64,000 bases of DNA, from the IMG/VR virus record IMGVR_UViG_3300025936_000018. One strand, given 5' to 3'. A model generated the notes under the pieces. It saw nothing but the letters and a program-made list of their open reading frames with translations. It did not search any database and was not told the DNA's origin. Each line of letters begins with the position of its first letter. Within the stretch, counting starts at the first letter, position 1. Positions 44,572 to 54,766 of this stretch are shown one piece after another. Position numbers and translations under genes: made by a program. Source of the DNA: a virus (Duplodnaviria; Heunggongvirae; Uroviricota; Caudoviricetes).

Positions 44572-45189
44572 TTAGTACGCAGTGAGCGCGAACCACGAGC
44601 CGACCGCGAACTGCTGCCGGGCGAAGTCGGACTCGGCCAGAGCGATCATCGAGAGCGCGGAGAGGACAAAGCCGGTACCGGAGTCGTCCCGGGCGCCGGA
44701 GCAGACGCCGGGGATCGTGTCGTTGCCGTTGTTTATGGAGCTATCGCCGTGCCACTCACCACCGGCGATGTTGTAAGCGGGGAACTGGATGCGCCCGAAG
44801 GAGGCCATGCCCAGGTTGATCCAGCCGACGGCAGCGAACTCCTCGTTGGAGTGGACCGAGACGAAGTCGGGGCCGATGGGGTTCGGGATGCCGATGTTCC
44901 AGCGGTACTCGGACTCGTCAGTCCATTCGTTAGCGATCGCGTCGCCGTTGAGAAACAGGCCTGAGTAGCACGGGTCGCCGACCGAGGCGTCGTCGAGAAG
45001 CGCGAACCACGCGAGCTCCAGGATCGTGCGGCCGGACGGGATGGCGTCGAAGAGGACGTGGTCGGCGGCCGCTTCGAGGACGCGGCTGTCGACGAAGATC
45101 GAACCGCCGCCGGGCGCACGCTCGAGCCGGGCAATCCGGGCCTCGTGGTCCTTCATGACCTCGATCGGACTTGAGCGACGAACGTCCAC
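44572..45189 (-). CDS. tail fibre-like protein
   Basis: N-terminal coiled coil (EARIARLE); Gly-rich beta-like C-terminus. Confidence 0.4.
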   Translation of the reverse strand: MDVRRSSPIEVMKDHEARIARLERAPGGGSIFVDSRVLEAAADHVLFDAIPSGRTILELAWFALLDDASVGDPCYSGLFLNGDAIANEWTDESEYRWNIGIPNPIGPDFVSVHSNEEFAAVGWINLGMASFGRIQFPAYNIAGGEWHGDSSINNGNDTIPGVCSGARDDSGTGFVLSALSMIALAESDFARQQFAVGSWFALTAY

Positions 45190-45195
45190 GGGCGC

Positions 45196-48100
45196 CTAGG
45201 TGATCGACTCGTTCGGATCGGTCAGGAGAAGCCCGGTCACTGTCTCCTGGAGGTCGTCGGAGAGATCGAGCACGAAGCCGTAGACGCGGTTGGCGCCGAG
45301 CGTGCGCGAGCGGATCGCCGACCGGAGCGCGTTGCCGACGGAGTTCCCCGTGAGCGGCGGCGGCGGCGGCATCGGGCGGCCGGCCCAGACGGGCACTTGG
45401 TCGCCGAGGAACCACTGTGTGAACGGGTCAGGCGCGAGTCCCGGCGACGGCTCGATGACGAGCGTCTTCTTGCCCTGCTTGCGGAGCGCGACCTCGGCGA
45501 GCGCGAGGAGCTCGACAGCCGACACAGCCGACGGCGCCGGGTAGCTTCTCTGCACGTAGTACGGGCCGTACTTGTTGATCGACGACGTCGACTGCTGAGC
45601 AGGGACAGGCTTGTTGCCGGCCCAGTACTGCGCGTAGTTCTCGATCAGCGTGCCGTCGAGGAGGTTGTCGACGCCGACGAGGTTGCGCGGGAACATGTCC
45701 CAACCGAACACGGCGTTCGGCCGCTTCTTTCCGGCCGTCTTGTAGACGTTCATCACGCAGAGGATCCCCGGCCGGCCGTACACCGGCGTCAGAACGATGT
45801 CGATCGTGCCGGTCTGACAGAGCTGCGTCCACGCCTCGCCGACGGAAGTGCCCTGCGAGAAGTTGATCGTCGGGATGACATCGGCGCGCTGGAAGCGGCC
45901 GGTCGTGATGTCGATGAAGTTGTGCTCGCCGTCGTTGGGGAGATGGACGATGTCGCCTTGCTCGGACCACGGCATCGGATTCGGGAACGTCGCGACGATC
46001 CACGCGTACGCGTTCGCGATGAGATCGCGCGCGATGTAGTCGGCGGTCTTGCCTTCGTAGGTGAGACCGTCCGAGCCGAGCAGACTGCCGTCCGGGTTGA
46101 GTACCGGGAGCGTCTTCGCCCACATCCACGGGTCGTACGCGGTCAGATGGGAGACGGGCTCGTCCTGTGTCGCCTGGTCTTGCATGATCGAGATGAGCCC
46201 GGCGAACCGACACTTCCACGGCGGCTTCCCGGGGCGGGTCTCGCGGCGGAGGCCGTAGATGACCCTGATGCCGTAGTCCACTCGAGGGTTGCCGTCGTTG
46301 GCGTGCTGGTAGACCTCGAAGTGATCGGATGGAAGATCGCACGTCATGACTTGGCCGTCATCGAGGACAAAGCCGACCTGGACGTTCGTGGCGAGTTTGT
46401 CGAGGAACGACTTCGTGACGCCGTCGAGTCCCTGCACGACCCAGCGCCATGTGTTCTTCAGAGCCTTCGGGATCGGCTCGTCGGGTGTGGCCGCCGGCGT
46501 GTAGACGACAGCCGCGGCGGGATTCGTTGCCACTCCACTCGTGGTCGACGCGACCGCCCAATCCGACGTGCGGACGATCGTGATCGTGTCGTCGCCTGAA
46601 TTGGGAACGGCGACGAAGCTGGAGTCGGGCGCGATGTCGAGAAGCCCCGGCGATGGGCCTACAGCGGCCGCCGAGGGGATCGACCAGTCGGACGGGTCGA
46701 TGACGAAGATGTCGTTGTCGCCGGAGTTGGAGACAACGACGAAGGCGAGATCGGGGTCGATGCGCACTCCGACAGGGCTGGTGCCGACCACGATGGTCTG
46801 AGTGACGTCGAGCGTGACCGGGTCGAGGATGAACACGTCATTGGTCGATTCGCCGGCGACGGCGATGAACGAGCCGTCAGATGCGACGTCGATGCCGCGC
46901 AGCGACGCGAAGGTGTCCACACCGAGGAGGAGCGACCAGTCGGACGTGTCGTACTTGAGGACCTTCCCGAAGACGCCGTCCGCGTGCGAGACGACGAGAT
47001 AGGAGTCGTCCGGAGCGAAGCAGACACCGAACGGTTCGACGTTCGTGCCAACAGTGTCCGTGACTGCGCGTGTGACGACGTCGATGACCGAGAAGGTGTT
47101 GTCGTCCTTGTTGGCGACCACGAGGATGTCGCCGCTCTTCGAGAACGCGACGCCGGATGGCGTGTTGCCGACGTCAATGATGGCGACCGGGGAGTTGAGC
47201 GTCGTCTCGAGCAGAGTGACGGTGTTGTCGCCGGGGTTCGTCACGGCGAGGAGCGCCCCGTCAGGAGAGACGGCGACGTCTGCGCCGGCCGAGCCGGCGA
47301 CGGTGTCGTCAACGGCCGCGACGCCGGCGGAGTCGACCTCGAGGATTGTTCCCATGTTGTCGGCGGTGTTAGCGGTGGCGACCTTGAACTCGCCGACCTC
47401 TGGCGGCGCCGGCTGCGGAAGGAAGATGACGAGCGCCTGCGGATTCGTGACAGCCGTTGTCGAACCGACGGCCCAGTCGACCGTCCGGATGATCGAGAGG
47501 GTGTCGTCTCCGGAGTTCGGAACAGCCACGAACGACGAATCCGGCGCGACGTCGAGGACGTACGGGTTGGCTCCGACCGTGATCGTGTTCGTGACCGTCC
47601 AACCGGCCGTCTCGATGACGGAGACGGTGCCATCGCCGTTGTTGGAGCAGACGACGAACGCGAGCCCCGGGTCGATGGCGGCCATAACGGGGCCGCTGCC
47701 GACCGGGATCGTCTGGCTGACCGTTAGCGCGGCAGGGTCGACGATGTAGACGTTGTTGTCGGCGGAGTCGGCGACGGCAATGTAGGAGCCGTCGACGGCG
47801 ATGTCCAACCCTGCCGGACCCGTCCCAACAGCACCGGTGTTCGTGATCGTCCAGCCGGCCGTCTCAACCGTCGAGATGGTGCTGTCGCCCTGCTCCGAGA
47901 CGGCGAAGTATGAGCCGTCGAGTGCGAAGCAGATGCCGAGCGGGCCGTTGCCGACGGCGACCGTCTCGATGACGGTGAGCGTCGAGAGCTCGATGATTGA
48001 AACGGTGTTGTCGTTGTAGTTCGTGACCGCCACGAGCTCGCCGTCCGGCGAGAACGCCGGAGTGATCGGGTTCGCGCCAACGGCGATGGCCGCGAGGACG

Positions 48101-48363
48101 ACGTAGTCCGATGCCCGGATGATCGAGACGGTGTTGTCGCTCGAGTTGGCGACCGCGAGGAAGAGCCCGTCAGGTGATGCCGCGATCCCGTCGGGGAACG
48201 TCCCGACGCCGACGTCCGCGAGGAGCGAGACGCTCGCGTCGGTGGCGACGCTGAAGATCGACGCGTTGTCGGCAGAGCCGTCGGCGGTGGCGAGGAGGTA
48301 CGCCCCGATCGGCGGCGGCGGCACAGGCGACGTCGGAAGCCCATACGCGATGACGGTCGTCAT
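45196..48363 (-). CDS. giant tail protein: tandem YVTN-type beta-propeller repeats + C-terminal minor-tail-like domain
   Basis: About 14 repeats of the 40-residue YVTN pattern (...AVANSSDNTVSIIRASDYVVLAAIAVGANPITPAFSPDGELVAVTNYNDNTVSIIE...); C-terminal 400 aa unrelated; start MTTVIAYG with ATGA overlap. Confidence 0.7.
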   Translation of the reverse strand: MTTVIAYGLPTSPVPPPPIGAYLLATADGSADNASIFSVATDASVSLLADVGVGTFPDGIAASPDGLFLAVANSSDNTVSIIRASDYVVLAAIAVGANPITPAFSPDGELVAVTNYNDNTVSIIELSTLTVIETVAVGNGPLGICFALDGSYFAVSEQGDSTISTVETAGWTITNTGAVGTGPAGLDIAVDGSYIAVADSADNNVYIVDPAALTVSQTIPVGSGPVMAAIDPGLAFVVCSNNGDGTVSVIETAGWTVTNTITVGANPYVLDVAPDSSFVAVPNSGDDTLSIIRTVDWAVGSTTAVTNPQALVIFLPQPAPPEVGEFKVATANTADNMGTILEVDSAGVAAVDDTVAGSAGADVAVSPDGALLAVTNPGDNTVTLLETTLNSPVAIIDVGNTPSGVAFSKSGDILVVANKDDNTFSVIDVVTRAVTDTVGTNVEPFGVCFAPDDSYLVVSHADGVFGKVLKYDTSDWSLLLGVDTFASLRGIDVASDGSFIAVAGESTNDVFILDPVTLDVTQTIVVGTSPVGVRIDPDLAFVVVSNSGDNDIFVIDPSDWSIPSAAAVGPSPGLLDIAPDSSFVAVPNSGDDTITIVRTSDWAVASTTSGVATNPAAAVVYTPAATPDEPIPKALKNTWRWVVQGLDGVTKSFLDKLATNVQVGFVLDDGQVMTCDLPSDHFEVYQHANDGNPRVDYGIRVIYGLRRETRPGKPPWKCRFAGLISIMQDQATQDEPVSHLTAYDPWMWAKTLPVLNPDGSLLGSDGLTYEGKTADYIARDLIANAYAWIVATFPNPMPWSEQGDIVHLPNDGEHNFIDITTGRFQRADVIPTINFSQGTSVGEAWTQLCQTGTIDIVLTPVYGRPGILCVMNVYKTAGKKRPNAVFGWDMFPRNLVGVDNLLDGTLIENYAQYWAGNKPVPAQQSTSSINKYGPYYVQRSYPAPSAVSAVELLALAEVALRKQGKKTLVIEPSPGLAPDPFTQWFLGDQVPVWAGRPMPPPPPLTGNSVGNALRSAIRSRTLGANRVYGFVLDLSDDLQETVTGLLLTDPNESIT

Positions 48364-50381
48364 GCCGAGTTGTTTCCGAAGACGACGGCGAGAGGGATCG
48401 AAGGCGAGTACGCGAAGCCATAGGCAGCTGTGCTCGGATCGAACGGCGACGGGTTGGCGTCGAACTCCCATGTCGCTCCGTCATCGGTCGAGATGCACAT
48501 CTGCTTCTCGAGGGTGTTGTCGATGCCGCAAAGCCCGAGCACGGTGCCGGCCCGAACCATCCCCCACGCAGCGCCGACCCCGTCGACGGGATCGAGTGGC
48601 GACGAGACCTCCGTCCACGTCGCGCCGTTGTCGTCGGAGCGCGCGAGCGACATTCCGCCGGTCGTCTGGCCGAGGAGCCACCACGTGTTCGTGTCCTCGT
48701 CGCGGTAGACGCGCGGCCATGACGGCGCCGTCCAGAGGAGGTATGACGCGTCGACCGGGTTGGCGACCGCCGTCCACGTCGCGCCGTCGTCGTCGGAGTA
48801 CGCGACGATCGGGGCGAACGTGTAGTCGACCCCGGCGGCGACCCACCGGTCCTCGCTCGGCGAGTAGTCGATCCCGGTGACCTGGCCGCCGTCGAATGGC
48901 GAGCTACGGGGTGTGAACGTGACGCCGTCCGGCGACGTCCCGATCACGTTGATGGACTGGCCCAACCCGACGACGAGCGCCCCCGTCGACTGCTTGCAGG
49001 CGACGCAGAATCCGGTGCCGCTGGGACTCGTGGAGAACGGGCCAGCGTCGATAGCCGACCACGAGGAGCCCGAGTCGGATGAGACGGCAACCTGCTTTAC
49101 GCCGACTCCGTCGTAGCCGACGGCGATGAGGAGGTCGTCCGCGGGCCGGACAGCGACGGCGAGCACCTGCGCGTACGCCCCGGTGAAGATCGAGGTTACG
49201 TCGGTCCAGGTCGTTCCGCCATCGGCGGAGACGGCGACCTGACCTTCACCGTCGCCGCCGCCGATGAGGATGAGGTCGTCGGAGTCACGCACGACAACGG
49301 AACGGGGCATGAACGGTGTGTCGATGAGCGTCCAGCTCGTCCCGCCGTCCGTCGAGATGGAGAGGTGAGGGTTGTCGTCTGTTCCGGCACCGGCGACGAT
49401 GAGCGCGTCGTCAGACGCGCGCACGGTGAGGTCGAACCCGGTCGAGAGCCCGGCGCCGAACGGCTCGCTGAAAGTCCACGTGGCTCCGTCGTCGTCGGAG
49501 ATCCCGACCAGGAGGTCGAAGGTGCCGACGAAGTCGGAATTGAGGAACTTGAAACCGAGGATCACGAGAGCGCCGTCTGATGGCCGGACGGCGACGTAGT
49601 CGACGGCAGAGGTTTCGTCGGCGGCCGTGGTGATCGGGTTGTGGTACGTCCACGACGCGCCCGAGTCGGTGGAAAGGCTTAGGAAGCCGAACTGGTGCGA
49701 GCCGTCGCTGTCGACGCCACAGACGACCAGGGCGTCATCCGAAGCGCGTGCGGCGCAGCCGATTCCGCAGAGGCCGCCGGGGTCGGCGGTGGGAACCCAC
49801 GTCGTGCCACCGTCGGCCGAGGTGGCGGCCTTCGGAGCGAGTCCGCCGCAGCCGACGACGAGGATCAGTTCGTCCGAGAGCCGGACGGCGACTTGGCCGA
49901 GGTCGGCGTAAAGCCCGAGCGGGTTCGAGAGAACCCACGTTGCGGTGTCGTCGTCGGAGATGGCGAACGTGTGCGCGTGGCCTCCATCCTGGCCGGCGGC
50001 AAGGATCGCGCCGTCCGATGCGCGCGTGGTTACGGCAGCCGCGAACCCGCCGCCGACGAACGTGTTGGGGATCCCCGACCATGCGGTCGTCCCGTCGGGC
50101 GCCGTAGCGATGACGGGGTCGCCGGGCGTCCCGGTGCCGCCGACGCCGACGTACAGGCCGAGCGCGGCCGCGCGGACGGCCGCGAGCAGGCCGTAGGAGC
50201 CAGCGTCCCACGGCGTCGCTCCGGCCGCATCCCATGTGATCCCGTCAGCGGACCGCAGAGCCGCCGCGATGCCGTCGCTGCCGCCGCCGAGGAACTCCTC
50301 GAGGTCGTCCGCCCAGCACCCGCCCTTCGCGGCGCCTCCGTCGTCGTCATATGGCGTTGTGGCAGGTGCCCAGGGCGCCAT
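48360..50381 (-). CDS. BNR/Asp-box repeat beta-propeller protein (sialidase-like fold), tail module
   Basis: About 12 Asp-box motifs S-x-D-x-G-x-T-W (STDGGTSWT, SDDDGATWT, SADGGTTWV, SRDGGATWT ...). Confidence 0.7.
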   Translation of the reverse strand: MAPWAPATTPYDDDGGAAKGGCWADDLEEFLGGGSDGIAAALRSADGITWDAAGATPWDAGSYGLLAAVRAAALGLYVGVGGTGTPGDPVIATAPDGTTAWSGIPNTFVGGGFAAAVTTRASDGAILAAGQDGGHAHTFAISDDDTATWVLSNPLGLYADLGQVAVRLSDELILVVGCGGLAPKAATSADGGTTWVPTADPGGLCGIGCAARASDDALVVCGVDSDGSHQFGFLSLSTDSGASWTYHNPITTAADETSAVDYVAVRPSDGALVILGFKFLNSDFVGTFDLLVGISDDDGATWTFSEPFGAGLSTGFDLTVRASDDALIVAGAGTDDNPHLSISTDGGTSWTLIDTPFMPRSVVVRDSDDLILIGGGDGEGQVAVSADGGTTWTDVTSIFTGAYAQVLAVAVRPADDLLIAVGYDGVGVKQVAVSSDSGSSWSAIDAGPFSTSPSGTGFCVACKQSTGALVVGLGQSINVIGTSPDGVTFTPRSSPFDGGQVTGIDYSPSEDRWVAAGVDYTFAPIVAYSDDDGATWTAVANPVDASYLLWTAPSWPRVYRDEDTNTWWLLGQTTGGMSLARSDDNGATWTEVSSPLDPVDGVGAAWGMVRAGTVLGLCGIDNTLEKQMCISTDDGATWEFDANPSPFDPSTAAYGFAYSPSIPLAVVFGNNSA

Positions 50382-50385
50382 CCGG

Positions 50386-51426
50386 CTAGGCCCATGCGTT
50401 GCGGTAGATGACGTCGACGCCGTTGCCGGCATAGAACGGATTGCTCAGATCAAGCGCCTTGTTGACGAACAGATCGTTGTCGCCCGGGGCGAGACCGAAG
50501 AAGTCAGTGTGAAGGACGTCGATCCCAGCTTTCGCGTTGGCCGTCCCGAGTCCCGACCCATAGATGAGACGAGCGGTGCTGCGGAAACAGTCGATCTCGA
50601 CATACGAGTGAGCCGGGATGTCGAATGCGCCGCGCTGACTTCCGTCGTAGACGATCTGGAGCGGGTTCCCGATCTCGTCCACCACGGACTCGTTGACGAT
50701 CGCGCAATAGGTCGTCGGGCCGTGGATGCGGAGAACGGGGTAGTACTCGGCGGTGCCGAGATTGGGGATCGTGACGTGCGCGTCTGGCGCCTGCATGTGG
50801 AGACCGGGCGACGGCTCCGTGGCGAACGAGACGATCTCGTCCGGCGATGCCGGCCAGTTCATGTAGTCGGTGACGTACGGGAACGGCGATAGGAACGCGA
50901 ACGTGACTTCGGTGAGAGGCGATCCTTCGTCTCTCTGCGTTGTGACGGAGACGAAGCCCGAGCCCGAAGCGTCGTTGCCGGATGGCCCCATCGACCGCGC
51001 CTGATCGAGGAGCCGCGGATTCGGCTCCGGCCCATCGACCGGCCACGCCGACGGCTGCCATACGAGTTGCGCGTCGTTGTTGGCGCACGCCTCGAGATAG
51101 CCGGCAAGGAGGTCGGAGAGCTCGCGGAGGACGCCGTCGCACGCGGGGCGCTCGACCGTCTCCCAAAGTTGCGCGGTCAACTCGATCACGAAGCCGGTCT
51201 TGAACTTCCGATACGTGAGCTCGCCGTCAGCCTGCGCAAGGTTGCGGCGAGTGAGACGGCGTGCCGACCCGCCCACGCACTTCGCCGAGTCGAGCAGCAT
51301 GATTCCGAGCGGCGTCGTGCCGGCGGAGATGAGCTCGTTGAACATCAGCGGCCCGAGACCCGGCACCGTGTCGGCGAAGTTGACCGACGGGATCAGTTGC
51401 CACTCGTTGTCCCATTCGTTGATCAT
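50386..51426 (-). CDS. minor tail protein (Dit-like position after tape measure)
   Basis: 346 aa; immediately downstream of tape measure with ATGA overlap. Confidence 0.55.
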   Translation of the reverse strand: MINEWDNEWQLIPSVNFADTVPGLGPLMFNELISAGTTPLGIMLLDSAKCVGGSARRLTRRNLAQADGELTYRKFKTGFVIELTAQLWETVERPACDGVLRELSDLLAGYLEACANNDAQLVWQPSAWPVDGPEPNPRLLDQARSMGPSGNDASGSGFVSVTTQRDEGSPLTEVTFAFLSPFPYVTDYMNWPASPDEIVSFATEPSPGLHMQAPDAHVTIPNLGTAEYYPVLRIHGPTTYCAIVNESVVDEIGNPLQIVYDGSQRGAFDIPAHSYVEIDCFRSTARLIYGSGLGTANAKAGIDVLHTDFFGLAPGDNDLFVNKALDLSNPFYAGNGVDVIYRNAWA

Positions 51427-54400
51427 GCGCGGTTACCCACCTTCGCGCCGATACGCGCGTCCTCGCCGCCCTTACCGGGCGGAATGTTGCCGAAGCCGGG
51501 AGTTCGTCCTCTCCGCAGACCGCGGAGCTCGGTGTTCGTCCGCTGCGCTGCCCTGAGGAGCGCTGCCCGCTGATGCTCGGCCTTCGCAGCAATGCGATTG
51601 TTGTCGCGGTGCAGAATGGCCAGCGGCCGAGCGACGTGCGCCTCCTCGGACCTGGCGAACTCCCCACCGAGCCGGCCGATCTCAGCCGAGACGTGCTGCA
51701 CGGCGATCAGCTGTTGCTTCCGCTGGACGGAGTCCGTTGCGGTCTGGTGCACGATGCCGGCGCGGATCCGCTCGAGATGCGTAGACGGACCCATCGGCCC
51801 TCGAGGACCGCCGGGGCCGAGCCGCTCTGTGGTCGGTGGCGCACCTGCGCCCGTCGAGCCGGTGTTACCCATCATCGGCCCGACCGGGCCCGCTGGTCCG
51901 CTTGCGTCGTGCTGCCGCTTGACGGCGGCACGATGCGCCGCTTCGCGCGCGGCCTTCCGAGCGTGCGCGTGCGCCTCCTTCTCGCGCTGAGCCTGGACTC
52001 GAGCTCGGTGCTCTTCCTTCTGCTGCTCGAGCAGGTTCGCCTGGTACTTCGCCATCTGGTGCGCGTACCGGATGAGTTGATGCCGCTGCCGCTCGGCGGC
52101 AGCGCCGATCTTCGCCTGCTCCTGCTGGATGACCTGGAGCGGCCGAATGATCCTGATGTTCGCGTCGCCGCCGGCGCCGCCGATCCCGCGGTACTTCGCC
52201 GGGACCGCCGCGATCGCCTTCGCCTGCTCGCCGAGCGCGGCGATCTGCGCCTTCATCGTCTGAGCGAACGCGGCACCGCCGATCTTGAGAGCCTGCGCCA
52301 TCGTGACGCCGTCCTCGCGGAGGATCTTGTGAAGCCGATCCTGGAACTGCGCGTAGGTGATCTTCCCCCGGTTGAACGCGGAGGTGAGGTTGTCGAGGTC
52401 GGTCTTGATCTGCGGCTGCGTCGTCTTGCCGACGTTCTGGAGTTGAGAGGCGAGCTCCGCTCGAGCTCGAGCGATCTGGAAACTCGGAGCTCCGGACTCG
52501 ATCAGATGCTTCAGCTTCGCGAACGCCTGACCCTGCGGCGACCCGGCGATCGCGCCGGCGGCTCCGCCGATCTTCTCCTGAATCCTCGCGATCGTCTTGG
52601 CGAGGTCGTCGCCGATCTTGACGAGGTTGTCCTTCGCGTCGCTGACGGTCTGATGGATCTTCGTCTTTGCGGACTGGATCGCGTTGTGCAGTGCCGTCAG
52701 GACCGGCTTGAGCGGCTTCTCCAGGTTTGTCGCCGCGCCGGCGACGCCGTCGCCGAGCGCCTGCCCGAGCTCTCCGCCGGCCTTCTTCATCTTGTCCTTC
52801 GCCGACGGCGAGCTCGCAGACGCCGCCATCGAGTCCGACCACGCCTGCCCGACCTTGCCGATGTCGCGCGCGCCCTGGACGATCTGATCCTTGCCGTGGC
52901 TCGCGAGGTTCTTCATCGAGTCGTAGAGCCCGTCGACCTTGTCCCGGACAGCGCTGACGCCGTCGCCGACCCAAGGAATCCATCCGACGGCGCTCGCGGC
53001 GATGTCGATGAACTCCTTCATCGGGAAGATCATGAACGCGACGATGCCGCCGCCGATCGCCTCGGCTGCGCCGATGATGATCTCCTTGATCCCCTTCCAG
53101 ATTTGGGCCATGACCGCGCCGAGCGCCATCGTCCACCGCTTGACCTGATCCCAGTGGGTGATGATGTAGGCGGTCGCGATCCCGATCCCGACGATGATCG
53201 CTCCGATGCCGGTCGAGACGATGGCCGCCTTGATGGTGAGCCCGGTCGCGATCGACGCGGCGTCGATGATGCCGAGCGCCACGCCGACTCTCGCGCTGGC
53301 CATGAGCGCCGTCTTGCCGAGGCCGAGGATGGTGCTGCCGGTCATCTTGATCGAGCTGACGACCGACGCGAACTTGGAGACGGCCATCGCGCCGAGCAGA
53401 ATCGTGATGGCGGTCTTTGCTCCGCCGACCGCGTCCGAGAACGTGTTCCAGACACCGACGCCGATCTTGATCGCGCCGACGACGCCGTCGATGATGCCCT
53501 TGGCCGTGCGCGCGATGCTGTTGAAGTCGTGCTGGAGTTTCCCTGACTTCTGCATCCGACCGAGCCAGTGGACGAGCTCGCCGGTGTACTTCGAGAACGC
53601 TGGGATCAGCGCTTCGCCGAGCGCACCCTTCGCGTTCGCGAACTCGGCTGCCAGTTGGCGCTGCTTGAAGGAGAGGTCGCCGGAGTTCGCGCTCACCCGC
53701 GCCATATCGACTCCGAGCTGCCGGGTCGCGATCCGGTAGATCGCGAGTGTCTTCTCCGCAGCCGTAAGTGGGCGCGTGATGAGCGAGGCGTTCTTCCCGA
53801 AGATCGCCTGCTTCATGCTCGCCGAGTCGATGACGATGTCGAGTTGCTTGAGCGCCCTCGTGCTTCCCCTCGCGGCATTGAGGACTGCATTCATTGCGTC
53901 GGTCGGGTCACTTCCTCTGATTGCCGCTTGAGCTCCGGCGAGTTTCTCGAAGCCGAGCGCCATCTGCGCCGACGCCTTCGCGCCGAAGCCGAGGTTGCGG
54001 AAGAGGGCTCCGAACCGTGCCGACGTGTCGTCGGCGAGCGTGGAGCTAATGCCGAGCGAGCGCGCCGCTTTATCGCCGAACTGCACAACGGTTTCGCTGG
54101 CAGCGCCGAAGCGTGACCGGATCGCCTCCACCGCCCTCTGCGATTCGGCGGCTCCGCCGACGATCTGCTTGACGAAGTGGATGCCGATCGCGGCTCCGAA
54201 GCTGACGCCGAGAATGTTCCCAAGGCTAAGCAGGTGCTTCTTTACGCCGCCGATCGCGGCGGACTCCGCGGCAGCGGCACCGCGTACTTCGACGCCGGCT
54301 CTCACGGCCGCCTCCGCCGCCAGCTTCGTCGCAGCGATCTGCTGCTCCGAGCCGTGGATCGCCGCCTTCGCGATCGTCTCGTACGACGCCGCGAGTTGAA

Positions 54401-54728
54401 GGTTCGCGTCTCGCTCGACCATGAGTTGCGCGACGTTCGCCTTCGCGACGGAAGCGACGGTGGCCTGCTCCTTCACGGCCGCCGCCTGGATCTCCGCCAT
54501 CGACCGGATCGGCGCCTGCGCTGCCTCGGCGATGCCGAGATACGAGCCGGCCACGGCCCGATTCGCGTCGATCTCTGTGGCGGCGGCGGCGACGTTCGCC
54601 TTCGCCCCCGCCGCCACCTGCGCATTGACCTCGGTCAGAGCTCCGCGAATCCCCGCGGTCGTCTCGGCCGCGAAGCCGGCGATCTCCGGGCGGATTCTTA
54701 CGAATACTTCGTCAATAAGCCCCGGCAT
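51423..54728 (-). CDS. tail tape measure protein
   Basis: 1101 aa; long alpha-helical Ala/Gln/Lys-rich segments; Gly-zipper TM region (GVALGIIDAASIATGLTIKAAIVSTGIGAIIVGIGIATAYIITHW). Confidence 0.85.
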   Translation of the reverse strand: MPGLIDEVFVRIRPEIAGFAAETTAGIRGALTEVNAQVAAGAKANVAAAATEIDANRAVAGSYLGIAEAAQAPIRSMAEIQAAAVKEQATVASVAKANVAQLMVERDANLQLAASYETIAKAAIHGSEQQIAATKLAAEAAVRAGVEVRGAAAAESAAIGGVKKHLLSLGNILGVSFGAAIGIHFVKQIVGGAAESQRAVEAIRSRFGAASETVVQFGDKAARSLGISSTLADDTSARFGALFRNLGFGAKASAQMALGFEKLAGAQAAIRGSDPTDAMNAVLNAARGSTRALKQLDIVIDSASMKQAIFGKNASLITRPLTAAEKTLAIYRIATRQLGVDMARVSANSGDLSFKQRQLAAEFANAKGALGEALIPAFSKYTGELVHWLGRMQKSGKLQHDFNSIARTAKGIIDGVVGAIKIGVGVWNTFSDAVGGAKTAITILLGAMAVSKFASVVSSIKMTGSTILGLGKTALMASARVGVALGIIDAASIATGLTIKAAIVSTGIGAIIVGIGIATAYIITHWDQVKRWTMALGAVMAQIWKGIKEIIIGAAEAIGGGIVAFMIFPMKEFIDIAASAVGWIPWVGDGVSAVRDKVDGLYDSMKNLASHGKDQIVQGARDIGKVGQAWSDSMAASASSPSAKDKMKKAGGELGQALGDGVAGAATNLEKPLKPVLTALHNAIQSAKTKIHQTVSDAKDNLVKIGDDLAKTIARIQEKIGGAAGAIAGSPQGQAFAKLKHLIESGAPSFQIARARAELASQLQNVGKTTQPQIKTDLDNLTSAFNRGKITYAQFQDRLHKILREDGVTMAQALKIGGAAFAQTMKAQIAALGEQAKAIAAVPAKYRGIGGAGGDANIRIIRPLQVIQQEQAKIGAAAERQRHQLIRYAHQMAKYQANLLEQQKEEHRARVQAQREKEAHAHARKAAREAAHRAAVKRQHDASGPAGPVGPMMGNTGSTGAGAPPTTERLGPGGPRGPMGPSTHLERIRAGIVHQTATDSVQRKQQLIAVQHVSAEIGRLGGEFARSEEAHVARPLAILHRDNNRIAAKAEHQRAALLRAAQRTNTELRGLRRGRTPGFGNIPPGKGGEDARIGAKVGNRA

Positions 54729-54766
54729 ATCTAGACGTAGACCTCACTCCGCGATAGGGTCGCCGG

